This document shows, one piece after another, positions 1 through 13,619 of a DNA stretch of 64,000 nucleotides. The first letter of the stretch is position 1; every line of letters begins with the position of its first letter. Source of the stretch: the human T2T-CHM13v2.0 reference genome, Homo sapiens; NCBI RefSeq assembly GCF_009914755.1, contig NC_060926.1. The stretch is one strand, 5' to 3'. Made by a program: the position numbers and the translations under genes. The notes beneath the pieces are model-generated. The model was not told the DNA's origin. It worked only from the letters and a program-made list of their open reading frames with translations, and did no database searches.

Positions 1-263
<263 letters not shown>

Positions 264-538
264 TAGGAAAATGGCATGCTCAGTGAATCCTTGTTTCCTT
301 ACAGCCTGAAAGAGTTAATATGCAAACAGCACTTTATGAATACAAAGGATAGGCTGACATATTAGGGAAAATAGAGTGCCTTGTATGTTGCTGCCTCCTT
401 CAGAACAATTTGAGGCTAAGAGAGCTCGTAGGCCTTAGCAGGTGTTGTTAGCACACACAGGGAGCCAGGAGAACCCCTTGGCCTCAGGGCCATAGCTACA
501 TGCCCTCTGAGTTTTGTTAGGAAGGTCCTGCCCCTCCA

Positions 539-880
<342 letters not shown>

Positions 881-2082
881 TGAGTACCCAACTCACCTCT
901 CACCTCTGCTCCAACTTCTTGGCCAACACAACACATCAGAGAGAACTGGACCTTGGCTCATTCCTTTCCAGTGGCCAACCAGCCAAGAGAACACCTGCTT
1001 TTCATTCTCTTCAGGGAAGTGTGAACTTTTCCCTTGGGGCTATAACCTGCACCTATGCTATAACCCCCTTCCCCTCCACCACCACACATCTTGTAGCCTA
1101 ACTACAGAAGGTGCCCAAGAAACCCCCAAAGTTTGCTCCTCACAGTCTAGGGTCACCCCTCAGCTATTACCAAGCCAGGGAGTGAGACTCCATGGTGGAC
1201 AATTTATCTCTATAATTTTGTTTTCCTTTGTCTACATTTGGTCAGCATAAACACTTCTGAAAAATGGGCTGCAGCTGATGCCTTTTAGTTTAGTTCCCTT
1301 TAATGGGAATTTATAAAATGACTCTTACTATGCGGAACACATGTTCTAAGTATTCAGTTACTTGATGGATTGAAACAGTGCTGAGAGATATAGAACACAT
1401 GCTTAAAAATATTCCTAAAATGCCTAATTACCCTGTGGACCAATCAGATACATAATATACATTTTAATATACCATTTAATTGTTGTTTACCAGGAGACAG
1501 GAACCTTTCTGGTCTCTTGGGTTAAACTACAGATTTTTAGAAACTGTCTAAATACGTATTTACTTGATTCATTCTGATCTCTTGGGTGAAGAATCCTTTT
1601 TCCAAAGAAGTGGCTTTACATGCAAAACAAGACAATTAAATACTCTGAGGTGGTGGTTACTCATGAAAAGACAATGGCTTTATCTTTCATGATTCAGGGA
1701 TAAAAATCCCAAAGCTCAGCCAAGCCCCAGAGCCCTAAAAATAATCTACACTGGTAACTCTACATCACTGAAGCTCACCCACCTCAGAACAACTGAATAT
1801 TTTTTCATCATAACAATCTCTGATAAAAATGTTTAAATTGCATTATGCTGGCTTCTTTAAAAGAGAACAGTAAGGATTTATGACTGGATATTTCTACCTC
1901 CAGAACCCAGCAAGTCCAAGGGAGAACTCATTATCTCCCTATCTGAAAATCCTGTTTCTCCTCCCCAATTCCCGATCTCAAGAAATAGTACTGTATCCAC
2001 CCAGTACTGATGTAGGAAACCAAAGCGCCCTTCTTGACTGTCTTCCCTCTCTCTCTTACCTTCACTCAATCAGAAATTATTT

Positions 2083-2378
2083 GGGCATGTTATTTAGCTC
2101 CTCTGCATCTCAGTTTCCTCATCTGTAGAATGAGGATTATAATAGTTCAGACTGGGCCTGGTGCAGTGGCTCATGCCTGTAATCCCCAGCACTTTGGGAA
2201 GCTGAGGTGGGAGGATCGCTTGAACCCAGGAGTTCGAGACCAGCCTGGCCAACGTAGCAAGACCTTGTCTTTATTGTCTTTAAAATAATAATTTTAAAAA
2301 ATAGTACAGACCTCACAAGGTTGTCATTGTAAGTTTTCAATGTCCAGTGCTTGTGATTGTGCCTAGCACATCATAAGT
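2083..2378 (+). mobile_element. MIR SINE interrupted by a FLAM
   Basis: MIR core ctcagtttcctcatctgtagaatgagg; resumes after the FLAM with acctcacaaggttgtc. Confidence 0.8.
2155..2298 (+). mobile_element. FLAM (free left Alu monomer)
   Basis: Single left arm; TSD aatagttcagac / aatagtacagac. Confidence 0.9.
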
Positions 2379-2409
2379 GTCATATATGGGTGTTCTTTCT
2401 CCTTCTCCC

Positions 2410-2720
2410 ACCACATTAAACATCTCTAGAGTCTGTTTCCTTCTCCCCATTACCACTGCCAATGCCCTAAATCTAGCTACTGTTGAATTCCTCTCACCTG
2501 TTCCTCAAATTGGTTTCCAAGCATTCACTGTCTCTGACCTCACCCAACCCCTTTCCAATCCATTCTTTGCAAGGAAGAGCCATCTCCCACATTCAAATCT
2601 GAGCATATCTTTTCTATGCCTGAAAGCCTACCATGGCTCTCCCCAAGTCCAGCTTCTAGAAATGGCTTTTAAGGCCCTATGTGATCGGCCTCTGCTTCCC
2701 ACTCCAGCCCTGTGTTCCAG
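2410..2720 (+). mobile_element. L2 LINE fragment
   Basis: Degenerate L2-like text (ccaatccattct...aaggccctatgtgatc). Confidence 0.55.
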
Positions 2721-3166
2721 AAGTTTATGGTTAATGGAAGTCTGACTTCAGCATGAAGCATCATGGATCCTGTCCCCCTTCCTAGTAATAAGGGAATCCT
2801 CCCAATGAGGTGGCTTCCAAAGTGTGAGGAAATCATGTTGCCTCCCCTAAGTCCTTCCTCTACCCAAAGCGTGAGGTTACACATTTAGTTTTCTTGTCCT
2901 CTTAACACAACAGTACTCCCTGGGAGGGCCAATATTCTAAGCTTCTTTCCTACTGAGCTTTGGTGGATAACCAGCTTCTCATGAGAGATGATGAAAAAGT
3001 TTGATTTATGGCCCAAGACAGAGGGCATGGGCTAGCAAGGTGGACCACAGCACCTAATCGAAAGTGACAAAACACAACTACATGGGAGAAACCTCAGTCT
3101 CATTGTGATGGGAGGGAAGTGGACCTGTTTCCTCCTAGGAGAGCAAGAGGATCAGGAGTCCTAAGA

Positions 3167-3351
3167 TAATGTTTCTCAAATTGGAGTGTGCATGAGACCC
3201 ACCTGGAGGGCTTGTTCAAACATATTGTGGGGTCCCACCACAGAGATCCAGATTCAGTGGGTCTGGTGTGGAGTCTGAGAATCTGCACCTCTCACAAGTT
3301 CCCCGGTGATGCCAAGCTGCTGGTCCCAGGGTCCTACTTGGAGAACCACTG
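3167..3351. mobile_element. MER5A-like hAT-Charlie DNA transposon
   Basis: Terminal inverted repeat remnants gtttctcaaa / ttggagaaccactg and internal gattcagtgggtctgg; about 185 bp. Confidence 0.85.
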
Positions 3352-5493
3352 CTCAGGGGGACTGTCACGGGAAGCCTACAGTCCTGGGCAGAGGGAGCAG
3401 GATCTTCCTTGCTTCCCCCATCTCTAAGTCCAGGGCTGGGAGGGGAAATGTAATGCAGACATTGTTATTCACCACAATGCTTAGGGAGAGCTTGGTGTGT
3501 GTTTGGGAGGGATACTTTGATAAACCACTGGGATGGAGGGTGACCCCAACAGCTTGTTTCTGCTACCAAAAGTGGACACTAAATGGCTTACCTACAAGTA
3601 GAGAGATTCGTTCTGGTCTTAGGGGAAGGGGGAAAGGAAGGCGAATGAGGAGAACTAGTCAGATGACAAAAGGCAGTAGGCTTCAACATGGGCCCTTCCC
3701 AGTGGCACTTCCACTTTCAGAAAAGTTGACTACACTCACGAAATGCTTGGGGGAGAGGCCTGTTAGTAGGTGAAGGTCTGAGCTTTTCCCAAGTGTGTGG
3801 AAAGAGGCAGGAGCCACAGGACCCAGAGGTGGACAGAACTCAGAAAACATCAGCCCCAGCAACTCTTGGCAATCCTGCCCCAGACTTTGGGTTACTTAGG
3901 TGTGGAAACGAGTATTTAAGCCCAGCACACACAGGCTGCCGGGGTACAGGGAGCTACAGGGGATCTGCTGGCCTGTGGGAGGAGCAGAGGTCCAGGCAGG
4001 GCCTGCGGCCAGGTGGAGTGGCCTTTCCCTGCTCTGAGAGGCCCTGAGGGGTGAGCAGTTGAAGCAGGGAGGCCAGTGGGGTAGGTGCCCCCACTCTCCC
4101 GAAACCAAGGGCCTGGAGGCACTCACCCTGCCGCCTGCCGCTCATGGCATCACCACCAAGAGAGGGAGGCTACAGCGTGGGCAGAGCAAAGGGACATGGG
4201 GCACTGTGCAGCTGGAGCAGCAGGGTCAAGGCTGGCAGGGCAAGCAGGTCTAAGAGTTCACAGGCTCACAGAGAACCACCTGAACCTCTGCCTGGGCTGC
4301 CTCCTGAGACTGTGCTGTGTGTTTGTGGCCAGTGTGTGGAAACCCCTTTGTTTTTCTTTGCACTTTCCTCCCTCGGCCTGCTGGGGCCTGCGGAAACTCC
4401 TGTTGCAACTAGGCCAGAGGGCGAAGACTGCAACTGGACTGACCAGGGAGACCAGCTTTGGGGAGGGCGTGGCGCACGAGCAGGGCTCACCAGGAGCAGC
4501 TGCACCAAGGAGAGATGGGCAGCTGAGGCCTTTATCCTGGCACCTCAGAGCATTCATTTGGTCCTGCCCCAAGGACAGCCTTTAGCCTCTGAAGGTCCAG
4601 GGTCAGACCCCCAGCTCCAAATTATCTGAAGAGAACTCCTGTCTACCACAGGAGCAACTGCCAGCATCTATGTCTGACATTGATGAGGGGGTCATCCACC
4701 CTCATATCCAAGTCCTTGTTCTTCCTGAGGGCGACTCGAGACTATGGGCTCAGGGTCTCACATTATAGCCACTTGACCTGCATGTGCACAAGAGAAGTTT
4801 TTGATGGGAGGGAGGGATGGAGGCAAGGGGGCAAATAGGAGGGAGAGCACCACCTAGAAGGTGAGCACCTGCGGAGTGAGGGCAGGCAGAAAGGAGGATG
4901 CATCCCCTTGATGGCATCTGTTTCCATGGTTACAGCCCCAGAAAAGGAGCAGAGTTCTCACTAGGCCCTTGCTACCTGCTCTAGGCCAAAGGGGAGACCC
5001 AAGACAAAAGGTTGACACATGCCCCTGACCATCACAAAAACCTTCTATTTGCTACAGCAGCAGAGGGGAGCAGTGCCCACTCAGAGCCCCAGGGGAGGGT
5101 CTAAAGCCACCGTTCATGACTAGCTTTTCAAGCAGAAATGCCAGGCACGGTCAAGTTATCTGAGCAGGGGCTACAGATGTTTGGTCAAACCCTTTAGGGC
5201 TTCGGAGCACAAGTGTGGAGGCTGAGAGAAGATTAGGAAAGGAGTTGGGACTAGGGCAGGTACAACCTCTGGAATGGAATTGAAGGATCCTTCCCAGCAC
5301 AAGCCAGCCAGGGCAGCTGGGGCCAAGTGTTCTACAGGACAGTCAGCAGTCCAGTAGCCAGGGAGACCACAGCAGCTTCTGGGGAAGTCTAAGAGGTGGT
5401 GATGCAAACGTTGAGCTTACCTGGTGCAGTAGCTGATGCAGTCCCCAGTGGAGGGGCTGTATGACAAGGGCTTACAAGAATGTCTATGGCAGA

Positions 5494-5804
5494 GGCTGGG
5501 CGCGGTGGCTCATGCCTGTAATCCCAGCACTTTGGGAGGCTGAGGCGGGCAGATCACCAGGTCAGGAGATTGCGTCCATCCTGGCTAACACAGTGAAACC
5601 CTGTCTCTACTAAAAATACAAAAAAATTAGCCGGGCGCGGTGGCGGGCGCCTGTAGTCCCAGCTACTCTACTCAGGAGGCTGAGGCAGGAAAATAGCATG
5701 AACCTGGGAGGCGGAGCTTGCAGTGAGCCGAGATCGCGCCACTGCACTCCAGCCTGGGTGACAGAACAAGACTCCGTCTCAAAAAAAAAAAAAAAAAAAA
5801 AAAA
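5494..5804 (+). mobile_element. AluY SINE
   Basis: Y-type positions (ccatcctggctaacac, ggcggagcttgcagtgagccgagatcgcgcc), A24 tail, TSD gaatgtctatggcaga / gaatgtctgtggcaga. Confidence 0.95.
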
Positions 5805-5884
5805 AGGAATGTCTGTGGCAGAAACATAATCAACAGCAAAAGGAGCTAGCAAAAATTGAAGTCCTACCTGGATTGGAAGGACCA

Positions 5885-6075
5885 ATCTGGGTTCAAATCC
5901 TAGCTCTGCAACTTATCAACTGATTGACCTTGGGCAAGTCACTTAAGCTCTCTGTGACTGTTTTGTCAACTTTAAGAGGTGACTATAATAGCACCTGCCT
6001 AATGAGATGGTTGAGAGGTGACATGAAATAAAAAAAATTACAGAGCTTGGTATATTGCCTGGCACAACTGAGCAT
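5885..6075 (+). mobile_element. MIR SINE
   Basis: gggttcaaatcctagctctgc...accttgggcaagtcacttaa core. Confidence 0.85.
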
Positions 6076-6779
6076 GAAATTTGGTATTATCATTGACAAG
6101 CAACAACATCTATGATATATTATTAAGTGAACAAATAAAATATACATGTATGGCATAACTCCATTTATGCAAACAGGCACCTCTATATTTTCCTCTGTCT
6201 GTGTGTATTTATAAAGAGGATAATCAGGAAGGATCAAACTTCACAGTGGTTAATTCTGGGGAGTGGAATTGGGGAAGTGAGTGAAAGGGGATTTCTTTGT
6301 TCCACTAACAAGCATCTAGACTGGTGTTTTGGGGGAATGAGGGTGAGGATGGTAAAAGATGTGGGGGTGAAAGGCACCCTTTCTGTCTCAAGGGACTGTG
6401 ACCTGCTCACAGAAACTTGCCAAGGCCTCAGTATGTACTTATTGGTCTGAGAACCTCATGTGTCCTCAGGTAACACTCATGGAGCTTTCTCACTGTGGAT
6501 GATGCAGTTTACCAGGCACCGACTACCTGGCTGCTTGCTTCCTCTGCATAGGGGCCCTCCATTCCATGGCAGGGCCGTGTGTGCCAGCCAGGACATATCC
6601 CTGCCCCCAGGCTCCATACCAATCTAGAACCCAACTGGGAGAACCTGAAGAGCAGGAGACTGTCTTTGGTACTCAGCTTTGGGTGAGGCTCACTGCAACG
6701 ACGGGAGTTTCCCGATGTTGATTGCTGGGTACTGCAGTGGCCATTCTCTCCTTCTTCCTCTTGGTAATTGAGTACCCAC

Positions 6780-7263
6780 AGTAGGCTAAATAACAACCCC
6801 CCAGAATATCACGTCCAAATCCCTGGAACCTGTCATGTTATCTCATTTGGAGAAAAGATTTTTGCAGATGTGGTTAAAAATCTCAAGATGGGGAGATTAT
6901 CCTGGATATTTAGATGGGCCCTAAAAATGCATTCACACATGTCCTTATAAGACTAAAGTGGAGGGTCATTACACAGACAGAAGAGGAGAAGGCAGTGTGA
7001 CCACAGAGGCAAGGACTGGAGTGATGTGGCCACAAACTAAAGAATGCCAGCAGCACCCAGAATTTGAAAGAGACAAGGAAGGGATTCTCCCCTGGAGCTT
7101 CTGTTAAGGACTACAACCCTCATAACACTTTGGGTTTTGGCTGACACAGATTTTGGACTTCTGGCCTCCAGACCTCCAGAACTGTCAGAGGATAAATTTT
7201 TTTGTTCTTTTAAGTCACCAAGTTTTTAGTAATTCATTATAGCAGCCATGGGAAACTAATACA
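6780..7263 (+). mobile_element. MLT1C/D-type MaLR solo LTR
   Basis: tttgcagatgtggttaa...gagattatcctgga...ggaaactaataca. Confidence 0.85.
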
Positions 7264-7485
7264 ACCCTTATCCTTGGATTTTAGCTGGACACATGACCAT
7301 ATAGGTAGAGACTACATTTCCCAGCTTCCCTTATAACTGAGAGTAGCCCTGTGACTAGGCATGGCCAATGACTAGAAGTGATGTAACTTCGGCTTCCCGA
7401 GTTTCAAAATCATGTCTTTGTGAGTTGAGACTGCTGTGATAACACACCGCACCATAAACTGGGTGGCTTGTAAACAACACACATT

Positions 7486-8257
7486 TTTAATTTAATTTTT
7501 TTTCAACTTTTATTCTAGATTCAAGGGGTACCTGTGCGGGTTTGTTACATGGGTATATCACGTGATGCTGAGATGTGGGGTAGATTCTGTCACCCAAGTA
7601 GTGAGCATAGAACCCAATAGGTAGTTTTTTAGCCCACGCCCCTCCCTCCTCCAGGAATTTGCACTGTCCATTATTCCCATCTTTATTTCAATATGTACCC
7701 AGTGTTTAGCTCCCTCTTATAAATGAGAACATGTGATATTTGGTTTTCTGTTCCTGTGTTAATTTGCTTAGGATAATGGCCTCCAGCTGCATCCATGTTG
7801 CTGCACAGGACATGATTTTGTTCTTTTTTTATGGCTGGGTAGTATTCCATGGTGTATATGTACCACATGTTTTTGATCCAGTCCACCATAGATGGGTACC
7901 TAGATTGGTTTCATGTCTTTGCTATTGTGAATAGTAGCCTGTAGATGTGGTTAAGAATCTCAAGATGGGGAGATTATCCTGGATATTTAGATGGGCCCTA
8001 AAAATGCAATCACACATGTCCTTATAAGATAAAAGTGGAGGGGCATTACACAGACAGAAGAGAAGGCAGTGTGACCACAGAGTTTCTGCTTGCGGTGTCA
8101 AGCCAGCCAGTGACTATATAGGGCTTTTGCAACAGAGATACGGTGTGAATAGTAGCTACAATGAACATACAAGTACGTGTGCCCTTTTGGTAGAACAATT
8201 TATTTTCCTTGGAGTATATTTCCTCAGTAATAGGATTCCTAAGTTGAATGGTAGCCT
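7486..8257 (-). mobile_element. Old L1PA/L1PB 3' end, interrupted at 7939-8143
   Basis: Antisense L1 3'UTR and ORF2 end (ORF 7683-7889 VDWIKNMWYIYTMEYY resembles the L1 ORF2p C-terminus); near-TSD aacaacacacattt / aacaacagaattt. Confidence 0.9.
7939..8143 (+). repeat. Templated insertion: copy of 6863-7008 fused to copy of 9630-9688
   Basis: Direct sequence comparison; flanked by 13-bp direct repeat tgtgaatagtagc at 7926-7938 and 8144-8156. Confidence 0.93.
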
Positions 8258-8695
8258 TAACAACAGAATTTGTGTGTGTGTGTGGTTCTAGAAGCTGGGA
8301 AGTCCAAGATCAAGGCACCAGCAGATTCTGTGTCTCATTTGTCCTCACATGGTGGAAGGGGCAAAGGGTTTCTCTCTGGCCTCTTTTATAAGGGTATTAA
8401 TCCCATGCACGACGGTTCTACCCTGTGACCTAATCACCTCTCAAAGGCCACGCTTCCTAATACTATCACCTTAGGGATTAAGATTTCAACATAAGAATGG
8501 GCATTGGGTGGAAGACATTCAGTCCATAGCATTAAGTTTCTTGCCCTCCGTATTCTCTTTCCTACAGGTTGGAACTCCAATATGGTGCTGGTAGCCAGCT
8601 GTGACCAAGAAGAGGACAACCGGAGCAACAATCTTAGACACAAGGATGGAAGCTGTAAGGCAGGGGAGGAGTTCCAGGGTCCCTGGAGAACTTCA

Positions 8696-9077
<382 letters not shown>

Positions 9078-10851
9078 TCATATCGGATCTTTTTGTCACA
9101 GCAGCTAGTTTATGCTGTAGCTAAACCACTGCGCTTCTGTCTTGTTCTGATAATCTAGGTCTCCACCTACCCATAAATCCCCCCTACAGCCTGTGCCTGG
9201 GTCCTGGTATCCTGCTGACCTACAAATATCTTCCTGGATTCCTGAATATCACCACCTCCAGGATTATTGAGCCCCACGCTCTGTCTGTTGGGACACTTCC
9301 ACTACTCTGTGTGGAGCTGCCTTATGCAGACTGCTGGCACTACCAGAGTTTGCCTGCCACCACACCCTTCAGATTGTCAGGCTCTAGCTTCGCTGTCCCT
9401 TCAGCTGGCTTTGTCTCCCTGGAGTCTCCCCACTCCAGATAGAAAGTTGGCCTTGAGGCCCTAACTCTTTCTTGTCCATCCTGTCCTGCAGCAATTAACT
9501 AGGCCCCTCCTGGCTATGTCCTGAGTTATATAGGGAAAGGTTTGCCTGGCTCCTCACAGGAAGCATACCATGGAAGTACAAATCCCTACCCCCAATACCT
9601 TCCCTGGCTTACCCTGAAGCTGAGTAGAATTTCTGCTCGCAGTGTCAAACCAGCTGGTGACTATATAGGGCTTTTTCAATAGAGATACATTTCATTCTTT
9701 GCTAGCTTACACTTATGTTTGTTTTCCTTCCTGCAACTTTACGGCGGACATCAGATACTGATGTTTGCCTGAGGATGTGTACTGCTTCAGGAACACAAAT
9801 TTCACATTTGGAATGTGCACAAGTCTAACTTCAGGTTAACAATCACCTGTGCTCATAGTAAGAAATGCTTTTGATTAACACCGGGGTGTGGAACAAAACT
9901 CATCTGGAATCCTAGATTAGGCAACTACTATTTATTTATGCAAAACAGTAAAGTCATTAGAGCCCCCATTCCTGGTAATTGTCTCAGAAAATGCATTCCC
10001 TGGCCTCACAATTCGTTTTATACAAAGCAAGAAGTTATTTGGGTTAATAACCTTGAGTTTTAATGACTCAATCAATATTTTGGTTTCTGCAGGCTGCTTT
10101 GCTACTGTAAATTTTGAGTACAGTGCTTGTGGAGTATATAAATATTTAGCTAGTCATTGAAGCATCAGTTAATGAAATAATTTAATCTTTTCTTTAATTT
10201 AGAAAATACTGTTGGCAATGAACTGGTATGAGGTGTTTATTTCAGCTGCTCTCATAGACTGGGAAACCAAATTGCTGCTGTGCTGTATGGTTTATTACTT
10301 TGTCACATTGCAAATCCATACTGCAAGTATCTCTTTTAGATTAATCTCCTTCAAATAGATCTTGAATAACCTAGTCACTTGCCTCAGATGGTTTTATCCT
10401 GATTTTAAATTTACAACCATGCTTCTCTGTTTTAAGATTTGCAGTATTGTGTGTTTGTGTGTGCAGTAAATTTACACATGTACTAGGAATCACAACCAGG
10501 ACTGATTACAGATTTCTTCCTTTTAGAATGTGATGACTTTGAAAAAGAAAAACCTATATATTCAGAGTTCAAATACCAAATATAGCTTTCAAATACCAAA
10601 ATGGCCATGTGAAGCTTTCTTTCAACTGGTTATTTTGTCTGAATCAAAGCTTCCAAAAATGTGTTCCTCGGCATACATATTCTTGGGATGCTAAAAGGAT
10701 TCTACTTTGTTTCTGTTTGGAAATTCAAATGAAAACAAAAAAGATTATACAATCCAGTTATTAGTCTCTTCACTAGCCACAGGGAATCTTGAGGTTGAAG
10801 GATTGTACATACTTAGTCCTTTATTTTTCAAGCTGAATTATTAGGAGGGAT

Positions 10852-11203
10852 TGTCTTGGTCTGTTTTGTGCTGCTTGAACAGAATACCACATACTAGATA
10901 ATTCATAATGAACAGAAATTCATTGGCTCACCGTTCTGGGGGCTGGGAAGTCCAAGATAGAGGGGCCAGTGTCTTATGAGGGCCTTCTTGCTATGTCATC
11001 CCATGGCAGAAGGGCAAAGGAGGGTGGGGAACTCATCCTTGTATAAGGAATCCACTCCTGAGATAACAAAATTAATCCATTCATAAGGGCAATGTCCCCA
11101 TGACCCAAACATCTTCCACTAGGCCCCACCTCCCAACACCACTGCATTGGGGATCAAGATTGCAACACTCAAGAACTTTGGGGGACATATTCAAATGATA
11201 GCA
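10852..11203 (-). mobile_element. MST-family MaLR solo LTR
   Basis: Antisense MST ends tgtcttggtc...caaatgatagca. Confidence 0.85.
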
Positions 11204-11369
11204 GAGCTTTAGCTCTTTAACAGTGACCTAGAAAATAACTACCAATGATTGCAAGTTTTTCTAATACGTGATTGGTTGGTGCCAGCTCTTGGTAGTAAAA
11301 TTGAATCAGTAGAATCAGCAAATAGTTCCAAAGGTTTTTACTGAAAAAAAAAAGCTCTGACTTTTTAAA

Positions 11370-11670
11370 TCAGGGACTTTGAATATCAACTGAGTATTAG
11401 ATTATATTAAGGAACTATTTCAATCTTGACGGATGTGATAAGGACACCTTATGTAAGAAGATCGCCCCATTGTTAGATGCATACTCTGTACAATAACATA
11501 TGCTGTCTGAAACTTCATTGAAGATACTTCAGGAAAAAGAAGTGACTATAGATAAAACAAATAGGACAGAATAGTAATGGTTAGTGATGGCTGGTGAAAC
11601 TCGGTGATGAGTCCAAAATGCTCTTATATTCCCCAGTTTTATTTATACTCAATTTTCATAATACAAAATA
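11370..11670 (+). mobile_element. Old L1M 3' fragment
   Basis: actttgaatatcaactgagtattagattatattaagga...aattttcataata. Confidence 0.55.
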
Positions 11671-12034
11671 GAAAAGAGTTCTGTGGTCAAATAAGCTTTG
11701 AGAAACCCTGGTTTTAATAAAATTAATTTAGGCATTTTTTTTTTTTTACCGTATGCCTTTTTATGTATATGTAACTGTGTGTGTAAATCTTTTAATTTTT
11801 TCTTTGATTAAAAGAAAACTTTTTTTAAAGACTGATATTCTGCCAAATATGCTAACTAACTCTAGGAATGACTGCATTCTACCTAACAACCAGTTTGGAT
11901 TGAATTGCCTGCACTGACCACTACTGGACTGCATGATCAAAACAGGTGGCTTATGCTTTTTTTTTTCCCCATCTCTCTATTTCAGTCATAGGCAGCAGAT
12001 CCCTGTGGATGAGCTTCAACTTCAGGGAGGTCAG

Positions 12035-12210
12035 CCACTTACTAGCTCTCTAATCCAGGCGAGTCATTAAACCTCTCTGCCCCTCAGTTCCTTCATCTGT
12101 AAAAAGGGATAACAATATTACCTACTTCACAGGATTACCATATAGAATAAATGAGATAACACCTGCAAAGCATTTCACTTCCTTCTTGGAACACGGTAAG
12201 TCCTCAATAA
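12035..12210 (+). mobile_element. MIR SINE
   Basis: ccacttactagct...cctcagttccttcatctgtaaaa...aaatgagataac. Confidence 0.85.
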
Positions 12211-12596
12211 AATCTGGAATTAAAGAATTAAACTCATTCTTTAAAGGCCAGCTTACATAATATGTGTAATGGAACTTTCTGAGTTTCCTCTACTCAGGAT
12301 TAATTCCTTTATCTTCTGCATTCTGGCAGTTCTATACCTCTATATGTATGATTTAATTGTAAATGTCTCAAGGATAGGGACCATGTCTTATTCATCTCAG
12401 TATCACTCCAGCATTCTAATACAGGCTATCAAGCCCCAATGGATAAAAAAGAGGGTGGGGGGTCATCTTGGCAATTCAGCTTCCTTTAATCCTTGAAAGA
12501 CCCATACAATACCACTTACCTACCAATGCACAACCACATCTAGCTGCAAGAGAGGCTAAGAAATGTAGTCTTTATTCTATACATTGAAGCAACACC

Positions 12597-12639
<43 letters not shown>
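12597..12639. repeat. (CTAT)10 tetranucleotide STR
   Basis: Perfect tandem ctat array. Confidence 0.97.
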
Positions 12640-13619
12640 AGATGAAGCCAAAGGATCAAGACTAGTTCTGTAAAGAGTACATTGCCTGCTTTCAGTGACT
12701 CTTTCTGCCTTTAATATACTGATTTCGGGATAAGAAAACAACAGCTTCCTGATATTATAAATATCGTTGAGCTTTTGTCATACTAGGAAATACCTTTGTA
12801 TTGACACACTCAAATACTATTCAGAAAAAAAGCCTTCAAATCCAGAAAAGAAATAACATAAGTGCCTCTGTAGCAGTAACGTCCCCACTGAGGCACAGCA
12901 AGCTCAAACACTGAGCATTTTGACAGGAAAACACGCAGATATTTACTTTGGCAACAGATAGATTTCACAGTTATTACTTCCCAGGTCTAAGCTATATAGT
13001 CATACGTCTTCCAAAAGAACACACAGACAGCAATATAAAACCCTGGCTTTAATCAAATTATACCTGTTTCTTTAGTGTGAGCAAAGCTCTCTGCCAATAC
13101 ATAAGCATCTTTTCATTTGGTTTGCCTGATGTGGCATATGAGTGAGAAATCAGGTTAATCCAGTAGTGAGGACATACCAATAACAGAGACCTGATCTCAA
13201 TAAGCTTTTGGCAGGGAAAGCTTTATAGCGTATCTGTTCCTTTCTAGTTGAGGTAGAAAGGAGTTCATACAACCAAGAGTGCAGAGCTCTTCAGTTCTCA
13301 TGGGAATGGCTAACTGATTCATGGTGCATAACAAAAAATCTGCAGATGACCTAAACCATCATACTGACTGTCAGATTACATTTTCTTCTTTGATAATATT
13401 TTACCCAAATGACTAACAAGTATACACAATGACTACTTGTGTATTTTTCCTTTGTCTCACTTCCCTTATCACTTAGGACATTTCTTCTTATTGAAATTAA
13501 TCAACAAATATTAATAGAGACATTTAATTAACAGTAATTGAAGCATTTGCTGTGCAATGTAAGAAACACAAACTATATAAAGGCACTGCCCTCACTGAAT
13601 TTAGTTTACAATTCAATTG

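Larger units (their letters stand above)
7413..8531 (-). mobile_element. MLT1A-type MaLR LTR split by an L1 (pieces ~7413-7485, 8258-8531)
   Basis: accataaactgggtggctt...; ctgggaagtccaagatcaagg...cattcagtccatagca. Confidence 0.8.

Noticed and set aside
4085-4629. Overlapping 166-aa and 161-aa ORFs as an intact gene
   Set aside because: Open frames on both strands are expected in GC-rich DNA; no complete domain. Kept only as a possible pseudogene relic.
5415-5425. Strong minus-strand splice donor CAG|GTAAGC suggesting an Alu-derived exon
   Set aside because: Isolated consensus donors occur by chance in 64 kb; no transcript evidence is visible.
10070-10540. Several acceptor-like polypyrimidine-AG sites and a possible 23-nt microexon (10203-10225)
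   Set aside because: AT-rich background produces these; no coherent reading frame.
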